Below are positions 9,964-18,520 of a DNA stretch of 32,000 nucleotides, piece after piece. The stretch spans positions 12,087 to 44,086 of the forward strand of contig CAXXWR010000003.1 in NCBI GenBank assembly GCA_963666805.2, written 5' to 3'. The notes beneath the pieces are model-generated. The model saw only the letters and a program-made list of their open reading frames with translations. It ran no database searches and was not told the DNA's origin. Position 1 is the stretch's first letter; every line of letters begins with the position of its first letter. The position numbers and the translations under genes are program-made. The DNA is from an uncultured Fusibacter sp. (GTDB lineage: Bacteria > Bacillota > Clostridia > Peptostreptococcales > Acidaminobacteraceae).

Positions 9964-10956
9964 TCAAAGACTCTCTCTAATTATAATTTCATAAGGAAGT
10001 TCATAAACCATTAAGGGATTAACAACAGAGCCCTTGATTGATTCCATTAGTACTTGCCCTGCCAGGACCCCCTTTTCAAAGAAAGGTTGCTTTACTGTTG
10101 TCAGAGAAGGCGTTACCATCCGTGACAAATCAACATCATCAAATCCAATAAAGGCAATATCTTCTGGTACCTTATAACCACGCTCAAGTGCATATCTCAT
10201 AGCACCAATTGCCATGAAATCATTAGCACAGAATACGGCATCAATATGATTGTCTTGACCTAAAAGTGCTTTCATACACTGATAACCATCTTCAAATCGA
10301 TAATTGCCAGAGACAACAAGCGACTCATCAAACTGGTTCATCGCCTTCATCTTTTCTTCATAAGCTGCATAACGTGCTTTACCTGACTGTAAATCATTAA
10401 GCGGGCCTCTAATCATAGCGATTTTCTTCCTCTTATTATCTACAAACAACTGAATAATCGCACGAACGGCTTGTCGATTATCTATTTTTATAACAGGAAC
10501 ATCTTTATCAATTGTATCTGTTCCAATCATAACAAAAGGGGTTTCATCAATCCCCAGAGATGCTTTTGTATCATGTTCTTGATCGGAAATCAAAATCAAA
10601 CCATCTATATTTCTATTCAATAACATTTGGACTTGATCCTTTTTCTTATCTTCATCAAAATCAGTTGCCGCAATGACTAAAGCAAATTCAGTATCCCGCA
10701 TAATTGACTCAATCCCTGAAATAATTTCTGCAAAAACAGGATTCGATAAATCCGGAATAACAATTCCAATGAGATTCGAACGTTTTAATGAAAGTCCTCG
10801 AGCAGTTGGACTTGGACGATAGCCTGTCTGCTCGATAACTTTTAAAACACTTTCTTGCGCTGTTTTACTGACGGGTTTAGACTGATTTAAAACCCTTGAA
10901 ACAGTTGCTTTAGAAACCCCTGCTAATCTTGCAATATCATTTATGGTTACTTTCAT
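9964..10956 (-). CDS. LacI-family transcriptional regulator
   Basis: HTH 'MKVTINDIARLAGVSKATVSRVLN' followed by a periplasmic-binding-protein-like core. Start set at ATG 10956 (SD GGAGG upstream) rather than the ORF-track 10974. Confidence 0.9.
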   Translation of the reverse strand: MKVTINDIARLAGVSKATVSRVLNQSKPVSKTAQESVLKVIEQTGYRPSPTARGLSLKRSNLIGIVIPDLSNPVFAEIISGIESIMRDTEFALVIAATDFDEDKKKDQVQMLLNRNIDGLILISDQEHDTKASLGIDETPFVMIGTDTIDKDVPVIKIDNRQAVRAIIQLFVDNKRKKIAMIRGPLNDLQSGKARYAAYEEKMKAMNQFDESLVVSGNYRFEDGYQCMKALLGQDNHIDAVFCANDFMAIGAMRYALERGYKVPEDIAFIGFDDVDLSRMVTPSLTTVKQPFFEKGVLAGQVLMESIKGSVVNPLMVYELPYEIIIRESL

Positions 10957-10994
10957 GTGGCCTCCTTCAAGCAATATCTATTTATATAACTATA

Positions 10995-11855
10995 TCACTT
11001 GATAGCACCAGATACCATACCTTTGATGATGTGTTTTTGTCCAAAAATAAAACCAACAATAATAGGGGCAGCCGCCATAAGGACAGCAGTCATAATTAAA
11101 TCCCATTTTTTAACAAACGAACCAGCAAAGGCTCTGATCGCTAAAGGAATAGTTTGAATCTCTTGACCAACACCTAATACCAATGATGGTAAGAGGAAAT
11201 CGTTCCATATCCAAATAGCATTTAGGATACAAATAGTTACCACAATGGGTTTAAGAATTGGCATGACAATATAAAAGAAAATTTGTGGTTTTGAACACCC
11301 ATCTATCCAAGCTGCTTCCTCTAATTCCTTAGGGATTGATTTGATAAAACCATGAAACATGAAGACGGCAAGTGGCGCACCAAAACCAATATAAGCAAAA
11401 ATCATCCCATGATACGTTCTCAACATTGAAAGACCTGTCACTTCTGAAATGGTCCTAAAGAGTGAAACAAGTGGAAACATAACCACTTGGAAAGGAATAA
11501 CCAGACCTGCTACAAAAATAGTGAAAATAACAGCAGATTTTTTGCTTTTATTTCTGACTAATACCCAAGCAGCCATTGCAGAAAAAACAGCAATTAAAAC
11601 CAAGGAAGTCACAGTAATAACAACGGATGAAAAGACACTTGAAGCGTATCTTATACTCGGACTGGTCCAGATGGTTTTAATGTTCGTAAACAATTGTCCC
11701 CAATTTTGAGGCAGAGCAACTGGATCACTAATAATTTCTAATGACGCTTTGGCTGAATTGATAATAACGATAAAGAAAGGCGCCATTGTGAATATAAACA
11801 TGAGTACAGTAAGAATATAAATAATCGTTTTAACAAAGTTTTTTCTCAATTTCAT
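10995..11855 (-). CDS. carbohydrate ABC transporter permease (MalG-like, CUT1)
   Basis: Six hydrophobic segments. EAA-loop 'EEAAWIDGCSKPQIFFYIVMP'. The start ATG overlaps the upstream stop by 1 nt (ATGTAATG). Confidence 0.9.
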   Translation of the reverse strand: MKLRKNFVKTIIYILTVLMFIFTMAPFFIVIINSAKASLEIISDPVALPQNWGQLFTNIKTIWTSPSIRYASSVFSSVVITVTSLVLIAVFSAMAAWVLVRNKSKKSAVIFTIFVAGLVIPFQVVMFPLVSLFRTISEVTGLSMLRTYHGMIFAYIGFGAPLAVFMFHGFIKSIPKELEEAAWIDGCSKPQIFFYIVMPILKPIVVTICILNAIWIWNDFLLPSLVLGVGQEIQTIPLAIRAFAGSFVKKWDLIMTAVLMAAAPIIVGFIFGQKHIIKGMVSGAIK

Positions 11856-12763
11856 TACATTTCCACCTCTTTCCTTTTATTATAGTAAAGTTGAGCGATA
11901 GAAATAACAGAAAGCAACAAGAAGAATATAATCGCACGTGCTTGCCCTTCTGCCATATTATTATACTTAAAGGCAACATTATAGATATGAACCGCTAATA
12001 ATTCGGTGGAGTTCACGACTGTACCTTGGAACATTTCTGTCGGCCCCCCATTGGTTAAAGCGATGATAATATCATATTGCTTAAATGAATTAATGAGTGT
12101 TAAGAAAGAGGTTATTGTAAAGGCTTGTGCAATAAGCGGCAAGGTTATATTCTTGAATTTATGCCAGAAATTAGCACCGTCTATTTCTGCTGCCTCAATA
12201 AGTTCTTGTGGAACATTTAAAAGAGCAGCAACATAAATCATCATAATGTAACCTGCATATTGCCAAGTAAATGCAAAAATTAATCCAAAAAGAGTCCAGT
12301 TCGGATCAGCTAATAATAAAAGATTTTCTAACCATTCTATACCTAAGACCGTTCCAATTCCAGGGACGATGCTTTTAAATATAAATTGCCAAATATAACC
12401 TAATACTAAGCCTCCAATAAGGTTTGGTACAAAAAATCCAGCTCTAAAAACATTTCTAAACTTAATTTCTCGCGTCACCAAAACCGCCAATAATAGTGAA
12501 ATAACATTGATTGAAATCACACTTAATATTGTAAAGAGAAATGTTCTAATGAGCGAATATCTAAAACTAATATCTGAAAACATGTTACGATAATTTTGAA
12601 GCCCTACAAAAGAAGGCTTAAGTCCTTGTACAGCTGTCCAATCTGTTAATGAGTAATAGATTCCCATGATAAAGGGAATAATGACTACCAGAGAGAAAGC
12701 CAAAAGAGCCGGTGTTAAAAATCCCCAGAAAACAAGTTTTTCCCTTGATTTTCTACTTTTCAT
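11855..12763 (-). CDS. carbohydrate ABC transporter permease (MalF-like, CUT1)
   Basis: EAA-loop 'IEAAEIDGANFWHKFKNITLP'. Multi-TM protein. SD AAAGGAGG. Confidence 0.9.
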   Translation of the reverse strand: MKSRKSREKLVFWGFLTPALLAFSLVVIIPFIMGIYYSLTDWTAVQGLKPSFVGLQNYRNMFSDISFRYSLIRTFLFTILSVISINVISLLLAVLVTREIKFRNVFRAGFFVPNLIGGLVLGYIWQFIFKSIVPGIGTVLGIEWLENLLLLADPNWTLFGLIFAFTWQYAGYIMMIYVAALLNVPQELIEAAEIDGANFWHKFKNITLPLIAQAFTITSFLTLINSFKQYDIIIALTNGGPTEMFQGTVVNSTELLAVHIYNVAFKYNNMAEGQARAIIFFLLLSVISIAQLYYNKRKEVEM

Positions 12764-12816
12764 GATTTCCTCCTTTATGAGAAAGAGGCTTTTTTTGTCG
12801 TTCTATGATGGTAAAG

Positions 12817-12840
12817 AAAAGGGCAAAATTTTGCCCTTTT
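12817..12840 (-). terminator. intercistronic stem-loop/partial terminator after the binding-protein gene
   Basis: aaaagggcaaa / tttgccctttt perfect palindrome, followed on the minus strand by TTTTCTTT. This arrangement is typical for raising the SBP:permease transcript ratio. Confidence 0.55.
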
Positions 12841-12858
12841 CTCAAAAGCCCTAATTAA

Positions 12859-14106
12859 TTATTGACCGAGTTCTTCAATCTTTGCAGCAATTTGATCGAT
12901 AAAGCCTTGTTTATCAATATCACCTTTTGCATAACTTTCATAGATAGGTCCTAAAGTTCCCATACCAAAACCATCTGGCATGTCATTTTGTAACCAAGTA
13001 TAAGCAGTCCCCTTAGATAACCATTCTGCTGCATCAGCTGATAATGGTGTATCTGGTTTCAATTTTACATTTGTAAATGCTGGAACCATTTTAGCCTTAT
13101 TAACCATATAGTCATGACCTTTTTCATTGGTTGCCATGTAGTTTAAGAACGCTTTAGCTTCATCTAAATTTTTGCTGTCTTTATTAAGAACATAGAACGA
13201 AGGTGCACCAATAAAGATGCCATCAAATGTTCCTTTTACAGCAGCATGTGGTGCAAATCCCATTGGGAAATCTACGCCATTTTCAACTAACCAAGGATCA
13301 ATCCAGTTTCCTTGATGGATAAAGACAGATTTACCAGTAGCAAATTGTCCAACTTGTGCATCGTAATTACCTGTTAATAGGACACCTTCATCAGAATATT
13401 TAAAGAGCATCTCAACCCAGTCTGCATATTCTGTTAATCTTTCCATGTCCACTTCACCTTTATTTAATTTGTCTAAAACAGTTGTATCACCATAGTCTAG
13501 TCCTTCTGATAAGTAACCGTTAAAATTATGTAGTCCAGTTACCCATCTTAAATCCGGACCAGCACCCATTGCTACAACAGAATCAATCCCTAATTCATCT
13601 TTCATACTGTCAATTTTTTCAAATGCTGCCTTGTAACCTTCTTGTGAATTAAGTGTTGCAGGATCAACACCTGCTTGTTCTAATAAATTTTTGTTGTAAG
13701 CGAGTCCCCAAGCTTCTACTGATACTGGGAATCCATATACTTTATCATCTACTTTGAATTCAAGATCTGTTAAATCAATCCATTCATCACCATCAAATGG
13801 TGCTAATTTTGATTCCCAAGTTTTGTAACCGCCCATTCCTTCAATAACAAAGATATCAGGCTGTCTGTCTGTTTGGAACTCAGCTTTTAAAGTTTCCGCA
13901 TAAGGTGTGTCTCCACCCGACGTCTTAATGGTGACTTTAACACCAGTTTCTTCTTCATAAGCTGCTGCAAAAGCTGTTAATTGTTCACCAATTTCAACCT
14001 TATTTTGATAAATAACAACTGATTTGTCTTCTTGTTGGCCAGTACATCCCCCGAAAAGTCCTAGTACTAAGACCAATACCAATAATAAACCAAATGCTTT
14101 TTTCAT
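12859..14106 (-). CDS. ABC sugar-binding lipoprotein (family 1 extracellular solute-binding protein)
   Basis: Start set to ATG 14106 (SD GGGGGAG). Lipobox 'LGLFGGC'. SBP_bac_1-like sequence throughout. Confidence 0.9.
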   Translation of the reverse strand: MKKAFGLLLVLVLVLGLFGGCTGQQEDKSVVIYQNKVEIGEQLTAFAAAYEEETGVKVTIKTSGGDTPYAETLKAEFQTDRQPDIFVIEGMGGYKTWESKLAPFDGDEWIDLTDLEFKVDDKVYGFPVSVEAWGLAYNKNLLEQAGVDPATLNSQEGYKAAFEKIDSMKDELGIDSVVAMGAGPDLRWVTGLHNFNGYLSEGLDYGDTTVLDKLNKGEVDMERLTEYADWVEMLFKYSDEGVLLTGNYDAQVGQFATGKSVFIHQGNWIDPWLVENGVDFPMGFAPHAAVKGTFDGIFIGAPSFYVLNKDSKNLDEAKAFLNYMATNEKGHDYMVNKAKMVPAFTNVKLKPDTPLSADAAEWLSKGTAYTWLQNDMPDGFGMGTLGPIYESYAKGDIDKQGFIDQIAAKIEELGQ

Positions 14107-14204
14107 TGTTGCTCCCCCTTCTGTGGAATTATAGAGATGGTCATTTGCCATCTACAAGATTTTTTTACCCTAATCATATTTTTATAAAACTTAAAAGATA
14201 GACA

Positions 14205-16034
14205 TTATTGGTCTATTTTTTTCAGCACGAGAAATTCAAGTGGACCTAACAGTATCGTTTCCGCAAATAAATCTACTGTTTTTCCTTGAAGACATTCTTC
14301 ATAAGTCCCATCAATCCCATTGCGTTTAAGATCTGTTGTATAAAGCCATTGTCTGTCTTCAGACAGATTAAAGGCAAGTAGGTATTCATCTTTTTCATTA
14401 AACTGATGAACCACCAAAACATGATCATTAGACTGAACTACTATTCTTTCGGATTGGCGATGTTGAATTTGTCCTCTTAACTTGATAAGTGCTTTTATAT
14501 GATTAAATATCATGGCTTGCTCTTGAGTAGGATGTGTTACCATATTCCAATCAAAAGCGCCTCGGTGTAACCACCTTGAGTCATGACATTTATGAGGGTC
14601 CAATTTATAAGAATAATCATTGAGACGACCTACTTCGTCGCCACTATATATCATTGGAATGCCTTTTCTTAATATAAAAAGAGCATTCATTAAATAAATC
14701 CGTTTAAGTGCCAATTCTTTTTGATAAGCATCTTTCTGTTCAAGTGCTTTTTCAAGCCCACATAAGCTTGCAAAAGTGCCTGAATTTCTAGCATCCATGG
14801 TTTCAGCATTAAACTCATAGAGTTCACCTTTTGCAAAACTATCTTTAACTGAACCGTAATAGAAATCAATTAGAAACATCTTATGTGCTTGAGGATCAAA
14901 CCCTAGATGTCTTAGATTATCTTCATTAAGTCCCCAACCAATATCATCGTGACATCTCGCATAATTTATCCAATGTGCATCTCGAGGTAATTTCCAATCT
15001 GGCATCATAGCCAAATGCCTTGCGTCTCTAGTTGCCAATGCATTCCATAGTTCAACCATATAGGAAGCATTATAAAGCACATGACATTCTGGAAAGGAAT
15101 CTGTTCCAAAATATTTGATGATTTCTTCAGGTGTCACAATGGCTTCTCCCAGTAAGGCTGTTGACGGTGCAAAAACTTCACTAATTTCTCTCAGCAAGTT
15201 CATGAGAATATGAACTTCCTTTAAATTACGACTAGATGTTCCTAGTTTTTTCCATATATATGGAATCGCATCTAGTCTGATCATATCAATGCCAATATTC
15301 ATCATAAAGAGCATTTGTTCAACGACCACGTTAAAAACCTCTGGATTATCATAATTTAAATCCCATTGAAAAGGATAAAAAGTCGTCATAACCCATTTCT
15401 GAACAGCGTCTAAATAGGTGAAATTACCTGGCGCAATTTTTGGAAAAACCTGATTAAGCGTTTTTTCAAACGTTTTTGGGATATCATCTGTTTCATAAAA
15501 TCTATAATAGGATTGATAAGGCTCAATGCCTTCTAGTGCTTTTTGAGCCCACTCATGATCATTTGCCGTATGATTGAGAACATAATCTATTGCCACTCTA
15601 ATGCCTCGGTCGTGACATTTTTTAATAATGCGAATAAAAGTTTCCATATTCCCCAAGCGAGGTTCAATTTCTTGATAAGAACTTACCGCATAACCGCCAT
15701 CATTATCACCTTGTCTTGTCTTAAGCAAAGGCATAAAGTGAATGAGTGTTACACCCAAGTCTTCAAAGTAGTCAATTTTCTTTTCAAAAGCATTTAAGTC
15801 TCCAGAAAAAAGGTCAACATAAAGCATCATGCCAACAGTTTTCCCATCAGATAGCCACTTGGTGCTATTCAAATCTCTGGCTCTGAGTATTTCAGATCTT
15901 TGGTTATAATATGTATCGAGCAGTTCCAATAACTGATCAAAAGCAGTATCTGCACCTGGATACAAGCGTGTGTATTGTTCATATAGATATTTCTTCCTTA
16001 AAGATAACCCTGCTTCAAATTTTGATTGACTCAT
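14205..16034 (-). CDS. cytoplasmic GH13 amylosucrase-like enzyme (amylosucrase / sucrose hydrolase type)
   Basis: Start set to ATG 16034 (SD GGAGG). GH13 regions I-IV: 'DYVLNH', 'GIDMIRLDAIPY', 'LLGEAIV', 'YARCHDDIGW'. The last two closely recall amylosucrase 'SEAIV' and 'SHDDIGW'. No signal peptide. Confidence 0.8.
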   Translation of the reverse strand: MSQSKFEAGLSLRKKYLYEQYTRLYPGADTAFDQLLELLDTYYNQRSEILRARDLNSTKWLSDGKTVGMMLYVDLFSGDLNAFEKKIDYFEDLGVTLIHFMPLLKTRQGDNDGGYAVSSYQEIEPRLGNMETFIRIIKKCHDRGIRVAIDYVLNHTANDHEWAQKALEGIEPYQSYYRFYETDDIPKTFEKTLNQVFPKIAPGNFTYLDAVQKWVMTTFYPFQWDLNYDNPEVFNVVVEQMLFMMNIGIDMIRLDAIPYIWKKLGTSSRNLKEVHILMNLLREISEVFAPSTALLGEAIVTPEEIIKYFGTDSFPECHVLYNASYMVELWNALATRDARHLAMMPDWKLPRDAHWINYARCHDDIGWGLNEDNLRHLGFDPQAHKMFLIDFYYGSVKDSFAKGELYEFNAETMDARNSGTFASLCGLEKALEQKDAYQKELALKRIYLMNALFILRKGIPMIYSGDEVGRLNDYSYKLDPHKCHDSRWLHRGAFDWNMVTHPTQEQAMIFNHIKALIKLRGQIQHRQSERIVVQSNDHVLVVHQFNEKDEYLLAFNLSEDRQWLYTTDLKRNGIDGTYEECLQGKTVDLFAETILLGPLEFLVLKKIDQ

Positions 16035-16056
16035 TTTTAATCCTCCGTATAAATCC

Positions 16057-16085
16057 ATTTTAGGAAACCGGTTTCATCTTGTCAA
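16057..16085 (-). promoter_or_regulatory. sigma-A promoter TTGACA-17-TAAAAT with palindromic LacI/CcpA-type operator in the spacer
   Basis: Minus strand: TTGACA (16085-16080), 17-nt spacer, TAAAAT (16062-16057). The spacer contains TGAAACCGGTTTCC (16076-16063), with perfect core GAAACCGGTTTC. Confidence 0.75.
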
Positions 16086-16271
16086 CTCCAAATTATGTCT
16101 TTCAATTCAGTTTGTCTATATTTTTGTACACTTTTTACAAATTGTTTGATATTCACATCGAGACAAAATCAAGTTTTATGAACACCTGTATAATTTATTC
16201 CCTATTTTTCATAAAATAATCGCTATTTATTTTTGTGACAATAATAAGCATGGACATGTCCCTAAAAAACA

Positions 16272-16310
16272 TAAAAAACCCGTTTGATACACTTAGGTGT
16301 CAAACGGGTT
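16272..16310 (-). terminator. rho-independent terminator of the MetRS-like gene
   Basis: aacccgtttga (16277-16287) pairs with tcaaacgggtt (16300-16310). On the minus strand a U-run follows (plus aaaaaa 16272-16277). Confidence 0.8.
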
Positions 16311-16357
16311 AAAACTTTTATTCTTTCATGACCTCTTTTATGAGCCATTATGCACTT

Positions 16358-18358
16358 CTACGAAAATTGAGAAGGATGCTTTTCAAAGAAATCAAATTTA
16401 GGTGGTATTTCAACGATTTGATGGTTTGTAGGATCGTCCATATGGGCAGTAATCGGTTTCATAATATAGTCCCATGACCATACTGTTTCATTTAAATTAA
16501 GGTGCTCAAGCGCACGTTCAGCACTTTCAGGCACAATTGGATGAAGAAGTGTCAAGGTTGATTTAACCCCATAGAAGGCATCTGCCAATACTTGTTGTCT
16601 CATTTCATCACTGTCTGCATCATCTGCAGCCTTCATTTCTCTTGCCCAGAGTTTACTAAGGGATCTGATTAAACTATCCATGGTATAAATCACACGATGA
16701 AACTCTTGTTTAGACATATTGAGTTCATAGTCTAATACGCCCTTTTCAACAATCGCACGAACCTCTTCAGAAGGATCTAAAGTTGGTACTTTTCTATCTG
16801 TGTATTTTTGTGACGTATAGAAACATGAACGCATTAAACGATTAAAAACGTTAGTGAGTAAATTGCCATCTTTAAGAACCACATCTGCCTCATTAGGATC
16901 TGCAGACGGATCATATGGTTTAGGACTAAAACTAACACTCTTTTTAGATAATCCCAAACTTAAAAAGTGCATTCTAAGTTGATCTTTTGTATAGTGTGAT
17001 AACAATTCATCTGCCATAGGTGGTTTGATATCACTTGAGCTGCTGGCTTTTGAATCTAAGAACAGTAAATGACAATTCGATACTAAATGTGGAAAATTAA
17101 TAGCATCTATTTCTCTTGGATCATCCTTTTGATAACCCAGGTAAGACATTAACATAGCCATTTCTGCTATACCATAAAAATAAATATTATCTTCTCCAAT
17201 AAATTGGTAAACTTGAGAACTATCTTCTATCCACCAATCTTTCCATTCAGAAGGATCTTTGCCGATTGATTCAAGATATGTTTGTGTAAAAGACACAGGT
17301 GCCCAAAGCGATTCTGGCCATACCCAGAAAGTCAAATCCTCTAAGCCGTCCTTATTAGGTACCGGAACCCCCCACTCAATATTGCCTGATAGTCTAAACG
17401 GCACAAGTGTCTTACCTGTACGGTATCTTATACTATTGGCATCTAACCGCCCTCTAGCTATATCTCTCGCATCTAAAGAGTCAAAGACATAGGTCACCGA
17501 TGGCTTTTTAGGTTCATCTATAAGTTGAGCATGGTCTAAAGTCATATTGGCTTCGAGCATTTTATCATATTCTTTACGTGTAATATAAATTTCTGGATCT
17601 TTCAAAAATTCATCGGTTACTTTGATGACCATTGGTCTCACTTTACGCTCTTTACGCATCTTATTGACCATTTTTTTCATTTGATCTTGGTATTCATCTA
17701 AAACATAATACCAATTCACTACTTCTTTAAGTTCTGGTTTTTTCCCAGAAAGCGTTGAAATAGGATCAACTAATTCATTAGGCATATATTGATGCCCTAG
17801 GGCACATTCATCTGCATAAGCTTTATCAGATTGACAGCCTTCAAAAGGACATTTCCCAACGACTTGTCTACCATTTAGAAAAACTTCTTCATCATGATCA
17901 TAGAATTGTAATGTGGAAAGTTTTTTAAGATAGCCACCTTCATAAAGTTGGTTAAAGAGTTCCTTCGAAACAGCCTTATGGACTTCTCCACTTCTTCCGT
18001 AAGCTGATGAAGCAAATAAACTAGGTGCAACATCATAATCACTTAAAGTTTGTTTTTGAAGGGTATGAAAATGATAGACGTAGTCTTCTAAATTTTCATA
18101 TTCTAGTTTTTCACCTTCATGTTCATCACAATATTTCTTATAACTGGCCAAAATAGGAGAACCATAGCAGTCAGTTCCCGAAACGAAAATGACATTTTCT
18201 TCGCCAATTCTGTCTTTTAAAAATCTAGCATAGGTATCTGCATGAATAAACACGCCACCTATGTGTCCAAAGTGCAATGACTTATTGCCATAAGGCATGC
18301 CCGCGGTAATCACAGCTTTTTTGGGGAAAACCGGTCTCGGTCTTTTAAATGGTTTCAT
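16358..18358 (-). CDS. metG: methionyl-tRNA-synthetase-fold class I aaRS homologue, divergent (would be auto-annotated methionine--tRNA ligase)
   Basis: 'MPYGNKSLHFGHIGGVFIHADTYARFL' (HIGH), 'GTDCYGSPI', zinc knuckle 'GKCPFEGCQSDKAYADEC', 'WGVPVP', 'FWVWPES', 'FIGEDNIYFY', and 'KASSS' at the KMSKS position. SD GGAGG. Monocistronic between the T-box and its terminator. Confidence 0.75.
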   Translation of the reverse strand: MKPFKRPRPVFPKKAVITAGMPYGNKSLHFGHIGGVFIHADTYARFLKDRIGEENVIFVSGTDCYGSPILASYKKYCDEHEGEKLEYENLEDYVYHFHTLQKQTLSDYDVAPSLFASSAYGRSGEVHKAVSKELFNQLYEGGYLKKLSTLQFYDHDEEVFLNGRQVVGKCPFEGCQSDKAYADECALGHQYMPNELVDPISTLSGKKPELKEVVNWYYVLDEYQDQMKKMVNKMRKERKVRPMVIKVTDEFLKDPEIYITRKEYDKMLEANMTLDHAQLIDEPKKPSVTYVFDSLDARDIARGRLDANSIRYRTGKTLVPFRLSGNIEWGVPVPNKDGLEDLTFWVWPESLWAPVSFTQTYLESIGKDPSEWKDWWIEDSSQVYQFIGEDNIYFYGIAEMAMLMSYLGYQKDDPREIDAINFPHLVSNCHLLFLDSKASSSSDIKPPMADELLSHYTKDQLRMHFLSLGLSKKSVSFSPKPYDPSADPNEADVVLKDGNLLTNVFNRLMRSCFYTSQKYTDRKVPTLDPSEEVRAIVEKGVLDYELNMSKQEFHRVIYTMDSLIRSLSKLWAREMKAADDADSDEMRQQVLADAFYGVKSTLTLLHPIVPESAERALEHLNLNETVWSWDYIMKPITAHMDDPTNHQIVEIPPKFDFFEKHPSQFS

Positions 18359-18520
18359 TACTTAACGCCTCCACATCATTATTTTAAATCCACTAATAAA
18401 GTGAAAAATAGATCCATAAAAACATTGCTCTTGAATGATTTACAACTACAATCGTTTGGATTCATCTATTTGCTTCATATATTATGTTTTCTTTCAATGG
18501 TTTACTTCAATTTTAATAAT

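Noticed and set aside
16252-16261. 10-bp perfect palindrome GGACATGTCC in the gene-free stretch upstream of the sugar operon promoter
   Set aside because: It is an isolated short palindrome more than 160 bp from the promoter. It has no second copy in the window and I see no recognisable regulator consensus.
16187-16310. Possible plus-strand sRNA: extended -10 TGTATAAT (16187-16194) reading toward the hairpin at 16277-16310
   Set aside because: There is no -35 element. The hairpin's plus-strand tail (AAAACTTTTATTC) is a poor U-run, and the hairpin is fully explained as the terminator of the MetRS-like gene on the minus strand.
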